A DNA stretch of 64,000 nucleotides from Marsupella aquatica (GCA_973895155.1 OZ316896.1:9011539-9075538); one strand, 5' to 3'; shown: positions 1 through 11,985, numbered from the stretch's first letter. The notes: generated by a model from the sequence alone, not told the origin. Translations and numbers: made by a program.

Positions 1-36
1 TCTTGTTTTCCTTGGTTAGAAGATTAAAGCAAATGT

Positions 37-153
37 TTGCCTCGCCCTCAGGGCGAGGCAACCTAGACTAGTCTCTCTAAGAATAATTCCCTAGTTCCGT
101 TTTAGTCAATTGCGGTTAGATGTAGAGGTTCGCCACGCCCTTGGGGCGAGGCG
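37..153. repeat. Two GC-rich palindromic hairpins, TGCCTCGCCC-TCA-GGGCGAGGCA (38-60) and CGCCACGCCC-TTG-GGGCGAGGCG (131-153)
   Basis: Directly visible inverted arms; the two copies are near-identical. Confidence 0.85.
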
Positions 154-238
154 GCTTAGCCTGTTTCAAACATAGGTATAAATTTTCTAACATATGCATT
201 GTACCCTGAAACTAATGTCAAGTCCATTGGATATGCAG

Positions 239-3200
239 GATTGGTTTGCCCTGGCAAAGGTTACAATGGGGAAGTCAAGCCTAAAGAGCATTTATTGGTT
301 ACTTTTTGCCGAAGATGAGCTCTTTGAATTATGGCGGAACGTGTGTGCAAAATGGTTGAGTGGGAAGCTCCAAGACAGGGCTGGTGGGTATGGAGGGCCA
401 AGACCCCCAAAATTGATCACTCCCGGTACCTTTCGATGCTTTGAAGGAGAGATTAGTAGCAAACAAATAATTGAGATCTTGAAGGATGTTGAAGAGGAGC
501 GTGTCTTGCTGAAGAAGGATATCACCAACAAATTAGAGCTTGTCGCAATGGGAGACTTGGCCCTTACAATCAAGATAATGTCCAAATTGAGAACAATCAT
601 TATTGGCTATTTCATGGAAAAGTATCGTGAGAAGTTTCCTGTTGGCACATCTTGGGAGTCTCTGGTGATATTGTTGCCTTCCTTGAAATCTGAGCTTGAG
701 ATGACAAAATTGAGGAGAGCAACGGGTGAGGTTTACCTCAACAATTCATTGAAGAAGAATGTGGTCAAGGAGAGTTTCCCACAAAGTCTGATGGTCAGAC
801 TAGATGGGTTGTATTGTAAAGAATTTGGTGGGATTGGTCGTTCTCGCACGGAGCCTTTCTTGACATTTTTTAGTGAGAATTTGATGAAGACGATCATGCC
901 GGAAATGCTACAAGAGCCTTCGCCTTTGTGTCCTCTTGCCATTGTTGACTTCAGTAGGCTCCGACAACATGTTTGGACCGATGCTGAAATTATTGCATTA
1001 CTGCAATACATTGTGGATCTTCCAAGAAATCCAACAATTGTTGTTGTCATGACTGTGCATCCGGGGCCACTTGCTGCAAACATTTTGAGTGCCCTTAGGA
1101 AATTGCAACATGAAAAGGGAATGGACATCCACGTCGACTACGGGAGCTATCGACGGAGTGATACACCAGTTCCAGAGGGCTTACTTTTCAGTTGTGGTAT
1201 GGAGGAGATAATCTTTGCAGGAATCACCACTGAGGAGAAATTTGATTGGAAGCAAGTGTTCAGGCCTGGATTTAATTGCCAATTTTCTTACAATTCGGCG
1301 ATCGACCCTGATTTCCAAGTGGAAGACAAGACGGAGAAGCGAGATAAGAATAAGAGTAAGACAAGTAAGGAGACAGAGACTGAGTCAACTTTGGCATTTC
1401 ACATTGGAGATTTCTTACGAAAGGCTCCCATGTTTGAGATGGTGGGAAGTAGAGGTGGCTTTGTGAATATTCACGCTAAGCCAAAATGTATGCTGCAGAG
1501 TATTATTGAATTTTTTTCGGCTGAAGGGGAGACTATACTTGACTTTTTCTCGGGAGGACAGGTTATGAAGGTGTCATTGTTGTGTTTCAGAGAATGCTTT
1601 GCGTATTCAGACACTGAGGATGAATATGATTTCACTCAGGCATATGGAAGGGTTCTCTGCGAGAAAGTTCCTTCCATAATGAGTGACCGGATGGGCGGTT
1701 CCAAATTTGGTAGAGCCCGCGATGGGGTTTCCGAGCATGTTGGTGCCAAAGAAGGCGTAGACCAGGGCGAAGATGATATTGAGGAAGGAGAATTGGGTCA
1801 CGACACAGACGACAGGGTCACCCAAAATTTGGATGAACGTGGAACACAAGTGGTAGGTATTCCCTACTTTGGTGTGGGGTTGGCTGATGTTGTGGGTCGA
1901 CCTGAGGGCGACCCACCAAGAAATCCCTTTGCCGGTGTAGAGAATTGGATGCACCAATTGGACCCAGATCTTACATCGTCCACATTGGACGCACATTGGA
2001 AGGCAACCGCAGATGGTCTAGGCAATATTGACGCAGTAGAATTGGGAGAAATGTCAGATATTGCGCTTGCAAAGGAGGATGATCGTCAAGTACCTGAGAC
2101 CGCTGCAAATGAAGAAGAGAAGGCAGGTGCTTCAAATCCTCCCCTGTCTCCTCTATATTGCTCATCAGAGACTAAATTGGTTTTTACAAGTGCTTCTACA
2201 GGAAGCCCCGTAGTATTATCATTTTCACAAAATTCTGGATCCGAGATCGGCAGGACTGGATATATGAAAACAGTCCGTCCTGCAACTCATTTTATATGGA
2301 GAAATGGACCAAAGGTTGGAATGATAGAATCACTAGACGATGCTCCAAAGATAATGGCAAAATCAGATTACAAAAAACTGAACTTGAGACTGAGCCCAGT
2401 TTTTGCACCCCCATCCTTTGAAGAGCAACTTCCCAGTGGTATCAATTCCGAGATACAGAGTGTTCTAGGTGATCAAACAATAGATGAATTTGGGCATTTT
2501 AGCATTGGAAATTATTAGCCCTTTCTTTGGTTCTTGGTATTTTAATGACAATCTAAGCTTTATCTTTGTAATAATATACTTTTTTACAGACCAAAGTTCC
2601 GTCGTAGAATCTCCTTCCTCAAAGGATTTTGTTGGCATTCCCTCGGAAAGCGTTGCTATGGAGGAAGGGTTTGACCCAGGTATACTTTGGATCTAAAAAA
2701 TGGTAATTGAATGTAATTAATGTTTTTCTAGGAGGGTCGCCCCAGGGTCGTTCCTCTCTACTTCAAATGCTATAACAAAGTTTGTTTGATTTCAAATTTT
2801 GAGAGTTTTCCTCCGTAGTAATTGTTTAAACTTTGAGTCGCATTGACTAAGGGCTTATGTTAATGTTTCCAGAATTCACTCCAATACTACACTCTCCGAT
2901 CCGGCGAAAGCTCTTGGTTCTTGACCTTAACAAGATTTGTTGGGATTGCATTAAGACCAGAAGCTCAGGACCATGGCGAAATCAGACAAGTTTACGTGGT
3001 GTGCACTGGGGGAGACGTGGAGGGTTTAATTTCATGTATGTGGAGCGCCCATACCTCCACGAATTTCTATATGCAGCTTTCATGGTTTTTGACGTCGCAA
3101 TTTGGACCTGTGCAAGGAGGCCAAAAACAATGGACTTAATGGAGTTGATTTTCACTAAGGAGGAGCGACAGAAGTTCAAGTTTGTCTTTACTCAAGAAGA

Positions 3201-3912
3201 TACCTTTGATAGTTGCATCCAAAGGCCAGATATAACAGATGGGAAGGCCAATTTACTTCTGAAGAATTTGCAAACCATTTGGGACCGTTTTCCAGAAAAA
3301 TATGATGCTTCTAATACAGTTCTTATTGATGATTCTCCATTGAAGGCATTTTTGAATTATGACGTGAATGGATTGTTTCCAAATCCATTTACTCACACAG
3401 CTTCAAATGACACTTTTTTGCCCAAGATATTATGGCCGTATCTTTGCAAATTGAGAAAGGCTTACTGCGTTCAACATTATATCACTATCAACAATCCAAA
3501 GTGGTCTGTTTTCAATTTATTAACAAGCAAGGAGGATCATGCTGCCATCTATGCTCTTTTGGAACAGAAGTGGGGAGATTGTCGTTGTATCCATAGGGAG
3601 TTTGGAACCATATTGGATGTGACTCCTGAAGAGATTCCTTGGGACGGAAAGAACGAGGTGCAACATTACCCACCACTGGAGACGTGGACCACGGATGAGA
3701 TCGAAGAAACTGCAAATGTAATACTTGGAGACAACTATTCTGGTCCTCATACACAAAATAGAAGGCATTTTATTTGGAAAGTTCTCAGAACTAGGGATCT
3801 CACCAATAAGTTTAAGAACCACCATGCGAGAGATACTTGCAACTGTGACATCCGCTATGATAAATCAGGAAGCAGACTTTCTTGTTCAAATGAGTTTTGT
3901 CTTGATCATTAG
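239..3912 (+). CDS. Spliced gene, 5'-incomplete; predicted exons 239-2468, 2590-2679, 2873-3912. Encodes a helical N-terminal region, a degenerate N4/N6 DNA methyltransferase-like domain, an acidic linker and an FCP1/NIF-like HAD phosphatase domain
   Basis: Acceptor atgcag|GAT at 238/239 with ctaat upstream. Phase-1 donor TAG|gtgatc at 2468 (alternative at 2438). Acceptor tttttacag|AC at 2589, donor CCAG|gtatac at 2679, branch tgactaa near 2844, acceptor tttccag|AA at 2872. All junctions keep the frame (3360 nt = 1119 aa + stop). MTase-like segment HAKPKCMLQSIIEFFSAEGETILDFFSGG; HAD motifs KLLVLDLN, ERPYLHEFL, VAIWTCA, NTVLIDDSP. Confidence 0.7.
2873..3912 (+). CDS. FCP1/SCP (NIF)-like HAD phosphatase domain exon, terminal exon of the gene above
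   Basis: RRKLLVLDLNKI (DxD replaced by DxN), RPYLHEFL, FDVAIWT, LLKNLQTIW, YDASNTVLIDDSPLKAFLN: the characteristic NIF-family motif order. Confidence 0.8.
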
Positions 3913-5097
3913 GAGATAGGGTTGCTCTAGTGCCTACCCTGAATTGTATATTCATATTATGTCTTGAAAGGATATGTTTTGAACATGTAGGATAAAGTAA
4001 ATAATTAGGATATATGCTTAGTGTGAGGCTCTCTCACTGGACTGGACAATTTAATAATTATATAGTGGGTCAATCTCATTTTGACCCTTGATTTATGACC
4101 ATCTATATTTTTTAATTTATAGATGGTCTGAGTGGTATTGGCCTCTGATTTTTGGACTAAATTAAATTTACTCTAATTTTTAAATTAATTAGAATATATG
4201 ATTTAAGTTATTATTAAACATTTGGGTGAAAAAAAACAAAATTTTGGGCGTTCAAAAGTGTATATTTGGGCTGAAAAAAATTAGCTTTTGGGAATGCTTT
4301 AATAGAAATTTGGCCTGAAAAAAAATAACTTTAGGGTTCATCTTATGGACTTTTAAAAGTACAGTTTTAATGAATATAGTGATCAAAACATCGTAACACA
4401 TTGCAAGGACAACCCGGCCTCCTGCCGTCTGCCCAACTACTGCCTCACTGGGGCAAGTGCTACACATCTACCTCACTACTCTGGCTTGATTCCCCCTTCT
4501 GGCTATGAGCTATCTTCCCTAAGCAAACACTAGACTGAGTCCCCCCCTCACTACTACGGGGCTCTCCCCCTAAATACCAAAAAACCCACCAAAGCACCCA
4601 TCACGGGGCCACAACGATGGTGGCTTACCCTAGCGGCGCTGCTAAACCCTTCACTAAGAAACCCCTAAACTAAAAGCATGCGGCACACACATGCTTCTAA
4701 AACCCTAAACCCTAAACTAACAATGGGGCCGACGGTGCCTTCGACGGTGCCCCAACATTACTCCGTGAACCGTGAAATTGCAAGGAACCCCACAATGGCC
4801 GAAACTAGGTGCCCTTCCACTTGCACTTCTGAGTTCAACCTTGGATAGCCCTCCTCCTCCTGATCATGAATCACTCAACCGCTCTTGAAACGGACATCGG
4901 ACGACCAAGTTATGGTCGTTTCAGTATCCCGTAAACCCAACTTCGTCGGGCCCTAACTTGCTCATCCTGGCTCCGTTTGAGGAGCGCTACCTCTTGTTGG
5001 AATCAGCTCCGTGAGCTTTTTCCAACAAGCCCGTGAGTGACCCCTCACAAAAAAGTTGGAAAGTCAAGGGCCGTACAACCACGTCCGTACGACCACT

Positions 5098-6840
5098 CTA
5101 ATCCTCCTCCTCGTCACTCATGGTGCCCTGGCTTGAGCCCCGTGAGTGGGCCTCCTCGTCACTCTCCACTGGAGTGAGTGCCACTTCACTCCTCTTCTTC
5201 TTGACCGGGGTAGTCTTTGTGCTAGTGCTCCCCTGCTTCCTCAAATTGGCCAAGGCCTGCCACGCCTTAATGTACCCCTCACCAATGGTGTCCTTCCATA
5301 AGGCCGCCTCTTCACCGGACCGCAACTCCAATGGTAAAACCTGCCCGGTGGCCATGGGAGTCCCAGGGGTGACAGATCGGGGTGGCATCCCCGTGTTGAC
5401 CTGAGCTTCTCGTAACGATTTACGTACCTCCCTGAGCTTCTTCTCTAAGCTCTTGCTCTTCTCTTGACTCTTCTTGGCTGCATCCAACAAGGGTCCATAC
5501 TTCCCACTGACTTCCTTCACCACCATCTCAATGGCCCTGGAGACCAAATCCGGGGAAAGTGTGGAGCTAGGTGTGCAGGGGCTCTTCCGTTTCCCCAGAC
5601 TCAAGGCCTCACTCCTCTTAGCCCTTGTCTCGAAGATCACCATTTGACCCCATAGTGTTCCCACCTGGGCTCTTAACTCCACCACTTCTCCAAAATTCTG
5701 CTTCTCTTTGGCCAATGCCTGTTTCAATACTCCAACCTCTTCCGCTTCCTTGGCCTTGGTGGACAAGGCTCCCTTCAAGTTGGAGATCTCTACGTGAGCT
5801 GCTTGGAGAAGTTTAACCTTCTCATGAATGGCCTCCTCCTTGGCCTTGATCACCTCCTTCATAGACAGGGCACTCTGCTCCAAAGTCTCTACTCTGGCGG
5901 TGGCCTGCTTGAGAGAATCTCTCAATGCGTGGACTAGCTTGAGTCCCTCATGGACTCCCTCCCGGAAATCCCGTAACTCCGCCAGGTAGACATCAGGAAT
6001 ATCGTAGACCAAGGGCTCCTCCGTATTTCCCACAAGTGATTCAAGCCACTCCATTGTGGAGTCCTCATCCTGGTTTTCTTCCTCTCTATTATCATCCCCA
6101 ACCGCCGACGATGATCCCTCCGTTAGTTTCCCCAAGATGGTAGTGGCAATACTCCTGATTTCCGTGGTAAGGGATGATCTAGTGTCTTCCTGTCCCGGGG
6201 AAACAATCCACCCTTCTGCTCTGGCTAGCAAAAATGACCCCATCAAATGTACAGCCCCACCTGGTTTCACACTCTCGGGATTGGCGTCCAATAGCTTCTT
6301 CAACGCATAGTACCACCATCCGTACACATGGGCTGGATAGTTCTTGATGTCCATAGCTACCACAAACTGCTCTCCATTCACCACCCCGGATTGCACGTTA
6401 CCAAGGACCCGTTGATGAACCTTGGCCAGAAATCCCTTGTGCTCAGCATCCTTGACGGCGGAAAGAGGAATGGAAGTAGTGGAGGTGGGATTAATCACCC
6501 AACCGGCCACCATTGTCAACGTGAGCTCTCCCCTTATGTTCCGAGGTGTGAATGAGAATTGCTGGTTCTCCAGGAACAGAAGCTTAGCTAACTCCACATG
6601 GGGCACTACCCGCTAGAGACATTCAAAGTAGATTCCTTCCGTACGTAACTCCATCCCGGCCTCAATGTTCCAACTCTTCCCCGAAGGGATTGTAATCTCC
6701 ACCTTCACGAACTCCGTGAGCCCGGTGGCTTGAAAAATATTCCTAAAATCCTCCATCACCTTGGTGGAGGTTTTGGGATAAATCGACGAAAAACCCTCCT
6801 ACTCACCGGTGTGGAACTTGCCACCAGCCCAGTACTCATC
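5098..6840 (-). pseudogene. Decayed intronless TE-accessory-like gene with a long coiled coil; 502-aa open remnant at 5098-6606
   Basis: The frame continues upstream of 6606 (YDEYWAGGKFHTGE*EGF...GIYFECL*RVVPHVEL) through in-frame TAG stops at 6613-6615 and 6799-6801. The C-terminal half is heptad-rich, followed by a low-complexity S/E/K tail. The family is not identified. Confidence 0.55.
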
Positions 6841-7699
6841 GTAGCTTTTCTCTCTTCTCTCTCTCTTGCAATCAATGTCTCCACGTAGTCACGTAAGCAG
6901 CCTTGTATCTCCGAACGCGTGCCGCACTAAACTCCGGGTAATCCAGCATCCATGCATCCAGAAATCAAATCCTCAATCACCAAATCCCGTCACCCGTAGC
7001 AATGTCAATTCCCTGGCCCAAAACGGCTCCCGTATCCCAATCAATCAATTACCCTCAATTCCCTCAGAAGCCACTCCGTGCTGCTGCCGCTAATGCTCGG
7101 AAGAATCATGCCAACAAGCCCCAACAATTGACCATGAGAAAGGGCTTCCAGAATAATTGCAAAATATGGAGAGAGCTTTCGGCAAGAGTTGAGAGAGAGC
7201 CCGAGTTTTTGCTTTCGGCAATGAGTTGGTCTTGCAAAAGAGAGGAAGTGAGAAAATAGGAAGGAAAAAAAGGGCACCCCGTGGCTCCTTTGATAATTTT
7301 CCCTCGTGGCTGCGCCTTGCTTATGCCCCGACAGACCCTTTAGGGGCTCCGCCTACTCGCGGGGCGGCCCTCCATCTCGCGCCCCACGGCTCGTGGGCTC
7401 CTCCGCCATATTACACCGGGGCCAAGAAAAACTGCCGGGGTCTCTAAATATTAATGGGTGGTATCCCCTTAAGATGCCTAATTTTCTTCTCCCACAACGA
7501 CAAGACCCAAGAGAGCAAAGGGTCAATTAAAAAAATAGTTCCTCCCGGGTTCAAATAGCTCCGGCCCTCCAGAGCAACATGAACACACACCGGGATGATT
7601 AACTTTTAAGAAATTAAAAAAAATTGAAAAACTATTGTGTATATTGGCTTATTTATTTACATGCATCTTGCCAATAACTCCTAATGGTGACCTTTCAAG

Positions 7700-8177
7700 A
7701 CGGGGACCCCGTCACAAGGAGAGGAAAGTGTTCAAGGCCGACTTTGATCTACGATCATTACGGAGATAAACCGGCGACTGGTAAGCACAAAGAGAAAACA
7801 CCCAATAAAAAATGAATTCAACCATCTCATGCACACATTAAGCACTAATAAACTCCGTGTTGAAAACAAATGCAGGTGTCATGAAGGAGATTCTTAGGTA
7901 CATGGCAGTTCCGTTCGAGGAAGACCAGCTCACTTACAAGGACGGGATGCGTGAGTACATCCAAGTCACAAAGGGAGCTCGTCTAGAGCAACTGACCAGA
8001 CTGAGGCATGATTTCAAGATGCCACTTGATATGTTGGTAGGGCTGACACATCAGCAATCCCAGTCCCTGATCGACAGGCTGAGGAGGAGCAGCGACCAGG
8101 GGCTACTATCTGACATCCCTGCCCAAACAACAACGGAACAACCCACCACATCCAAGCGGAAATTCAACGCGATGTGA
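7700..8177 (+). CDS. 3' fragment of a spliced gene of unknown function, exons 7700-7780 and 7876-8177
   Basis: cctttcaag|AC acceptor, ACTG|gtaagc donor, cactaat branch and aatgcag|GT acceptor. The joined frame reads ...RPTLIYDHYGDKPATGVMKEILRYMAVPF...KRKFNAM*. No upstream exon was found. Confidence 0.45.
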
Positions 8178-10228
8178 CAGTTGTTTCTGTGATGTAGTAC
8201 AAGTTTCATTTTTCAGAACAATGTGGTGTATCATGCAAAAACAAATGACGAGTCCCAATAAAGATACCCATTGTCGGAAACATATTTATCTATATCAATA
8301 ATTATCTACTTTTTAACACATTTTTGTATCAATAACTATGCAATTTTCAATCTCAATTGAATAAAACAGATGGGGGTCCATGAACTAATTATATGTCCGG
8401 TCGGTAATCACACATCAAAATGTGGCGATATACGGTGTACACTCATTGAATTAAAGAAAATAATGAGATTTATCATGGTATGGAGGAATGCCGTACACCC
8501 AATCGTACACCATATATGTCATATTTGCCGTTATATGCCTGGTTTGAGGAACATCTTTAGAGTCTTTCAGAGATGCTTTGAACTGTCTTTAGAGTTGCTG
8601 AGTATGGCACAGTAGTGCTTGTCGATGGCAGACAACTGTCTGGATACCTAGCTTGAAATATTGTCATAGAAGAACAGGACAAGATCAACTTCAAGGTCAA
8701 GGCTGTTGTCAATTTAATGTAATTTTGAGGCACTTGGAGATAACAAATTGTTGGACTCCATTTCTTAATTGTTGAGCTACATACTCCATGGTGATTTCAA
8801 TTAAACAAGATGTCATTCAATTTGCTAGGCAGTGAAAGAATTTAAATTGCAGCATTGTGGATGAAGTCAATTGGCTGTTCTGTGAATGAAATACAATTAG
8901 ATCACTCGTGGATGAATTGAAATTGCTATGCTGTGGTTTGAATTCAGTGTCATTTCCTACTTTCTACTGGTTTCTATTTTGTACAAAGCTGATTGTCATT
9001 CAGCTCATTCGATTTGCCCACACGAGCTCATGCAATTTGTGGACAGAAGCTAGTGTGCCCCCCAAGTACAATTAGAGAAGTTTACATTTTGGTCTTAAGT
9101 TACCATAAAGAAAGGAAATCTGTTCAACAGCAGAATGGTTTTCAGACGCCAAAAGGATATTTTGTCCACTTTGTTTAAGAGCATTATTGACCTGGATCCT
9201 CGTGGACAGCGGCAGTTAAACCCAACTATGGAAGGGTTAGCTTGCCGAATGAGTGGCTGCCATTTGTTAACATTCAAGAGTTAAGCTAGCCCATATATGA
9301 TTAAGGTGCGAATTAAAACAATTTGGGAACAGGTTAATATGAGTTTGACTAATTTTGGGTGGTGTAAGGTTGTGTAAAATAGCTAAGAACACTTGGGGAA
9401 GGTTAATAAATGTTGTTCACTAATGATATTTAAAATCTCAAAGTCTTCATTTTTGAGAACATGCCTTTTAGGCAATCTTTTCAACTGTGGTTAACCATGT
9501 CCCGACTGTAGTTTCGGCCACAATGTTTTGGGGTCAGTAGCCTGGATTACAAATGAGAAGTACAAAGATTGAGACGCCATACTAGTGTCAACTAAACCAG
9601 ACCCCAAACGTTGAGAATCTTTTGCTGCACCGTCCCTTGTGCAAATTCAGTCATCGGGTGGCCATCAAAAGGGCTATCCCATCCACCCTCCAGCCACAAG
9701 CCATCCCCGTCCCTGCACATGACATCTGGCTCACCTGCTGACAAGACTAGTACCCCCTCTCTTCCTCTCCAGGCGGTGGATTCATTTGCACTTTCTATCC
9801 AGAACTCTTTGTTTGCTGCCTTTGTGCAACCTCAAAATTGAGGCCCACAGCAGTTCTCGTCACTTCGCCTGCTGCATTCCTAGATTTCAGGAGCAGCTCT
9901 TCGGAAGTTGGGATTTCGCCAGTTCGTTGGATTTTCACTGGTGACTGAGGGTTTTTCTTCAAAGGCAAGATGAGTCTATTGCTCTTCAGTTTACTTGAGA
10001 ACTGGATTCGTCATCGCTCTTGCCAAATTCCTAAGTTTCAGGTTTGGGACTCGCTAGTTTGATTTTTGGCCACGAAAAGTGATGCAGTGTCTCGCCCGCC
10101 TTACACTTGATCTGGAGACGAAGAATTGCGCTGAGGTAGTCGCTCGGCCTCACATTTGGGAGTTTGGAAGTTTGTTGGAGACAGGGATCTAGAGAGAGAG
10201 GGAGAGACGGGAGCTCTGTTTTCTCTGA

Positions 10229-11985
10229 ATGGTTGTAGCGATGGCGGGCAGCTCGGTGCTGCCAAAAATGTGCACTGTCGAGGGACAGGTTCTGAAGAAT
10301 TCGCTTGGTCTGTCACGTGCCCAGCTGCAATATGGTATCGTCTCCTCGGCATCTCTTTTGAGATTACCTTGTGCGAGGTCTGCCGGGAGGCAAACATGGC
10401 CAGGGCCAACGGTGGGTCGGACGTACGCTGCTCTGCATTCGACCGGACAGAAAAGGGTTGAGACAGCGCGAGCAAGCATACAGAATAGCAGTGCGAGTGG
10501 ACGGAACTTAGACGGAGCAGACCTTGATCCACTGAATTTGGAGGATGATCTAGAAATGGAGCGAGCTGGAGGTGGACGAGAATTCGACAATGACAATGAG
10601 TCCAGTAGCTCAGAATCGCCATTTACTCTGTTTAGTATTGCCCCTATACTCGTTTACCCGTTGATTGCTGAAGGTCCTGGTTATTCCCAGGCGAGCTATT
10701 ACACATCTCTTGGCCTGTTTGTGATATCTGTTCCAGGAATTTGGTCTCTGGTTAAGCGCTCCACCAAATCTAAGGTACGGAGAGATTGTCTGACTCCCTC
10801 TATGCTTTCTCTCGCTCGCTCTCTCTATGCAACTTGAATTTGGGGAGAAGAACTAATGGCTTAGTGAAAATGCCCTTTTCTGTTTTGGTTTTGTTTTCCT
10901 TGGCTTCGGCGGAGCTTGTTGATTTTTCTCAACCTCCTACGCAGATAGTGAAAAAAACGTTCGAATTACCGGGCCCAACCGTACCCGAAGGAAAGGGTCC
11001 CAGTCAAATTGCAGGCGAAATCACATCCTCTCTCACTAGAAACAACTTCGCAGTTGCAGATACAGGAGAAACTGTCACGTATGTCACCTTATTCGAATTC
11101 CATGATCTTATCAGTTTTGTGTTCCTTTTCGAGTAGTTCCAGGACTTCGATTGCTGTGAAGAGAACTCGGCTGATATATCGTGACTAAGAGTTTCTAGGA
11201 ATGCAGTGAGTGCAACATTAGGGCATACAATAATGAGTTGCACGTCTGTTATGTTCGGTATTCTGGTATATTGAGACTTAAAGAATAAACAGTAGAATTC
11301 CATGAAAAATGGCGTTTCCTAGTTTACTTTGGCAGCCGAACCCTTATTTGCAGTATGTGCTGTATTGTGGGAAATTGGAAGCTCTGTCAGTGTAGGCTAG
11401 CGAGGTTTAAACCTAACTTATAAAACCGCCTGTAATTTTTAATTTTTTTGGTGGTGAAGGTTCGAGGGGAGGATGGTTCCAAGCAGAGGACAAGCAGCAT
11501 TTTTGAGTTTCTGCACTGCTGTAAGCCTAGGTTGTGTGGCATTGGTGCTCTCCATCACTGCGCCCGCTATTGGAGAGAACTGGTACTATCTGACCGTTCT
11601 CAGCCCTCTTGCGTAAGTCTCTATTCCCAAGATTACCCTCGAGTTTTCATCGTCTGATCTGGTGACTTCTAAGTGGGTAACTGATAAAAAGTAAAGAAAC
11701 AGTAGAGCATAGTCGAGGACCTGGATCTTGTCGTTCCCGTGTACGCCTCAATGCTTATTCCATGCCGTTCTAACAACATTCTTCATTCATTTACTCAGAG
11801 GATTCTATTATTGGACGAGAGCATCACGAAAGGAGCAGATAAAAGTAAAGTTGGTGGTAGCTGATGATGAATCATCGACTGATGTTATAATCCAAGGCGA
11901 TGACGAACAAATCGATCGTCTCCGACGAGAATTGGGTCTCATGGAAAAGGGCATGGTTTATGTGAAGGGACTGTTAGAAAGATAG
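10229..11985 (+). CDS. CCB1: Cofactor assembly of complex C subunit B CCB1, chloroplastic; exons 10229/10241-10774, 10945-11078, 11460-11612, 11799-11985
   Basis: GYSQASYYTSLGLFVISVPGIWSLVKRSTKSK|IVKKTF...GETVT|FEGRMVPSRGQAAFLSFCT...LSPLA|GFYYWTRASRKEQIKVKL...LMEKGMVYVKG. Canonical GT-AG junctions in frame; transit-peptide-like N-terminus. Confidence 0.92.

Noticed and set aside
194-238. ATG at 194 as the start of the 774-aa ORF
   Set aside because: The segment carries a branch point and an acceptor (ctaat...atgcag), so it is more likely intron sequence and the true start is upstream.
4660-4720. Telomere-like AAACCCT motifs (also ~23667 and at the window end)
   Set aside because: Only 2-3 scattered units; consistent with telo-box or chance occurrence, not an interstitial telomere.
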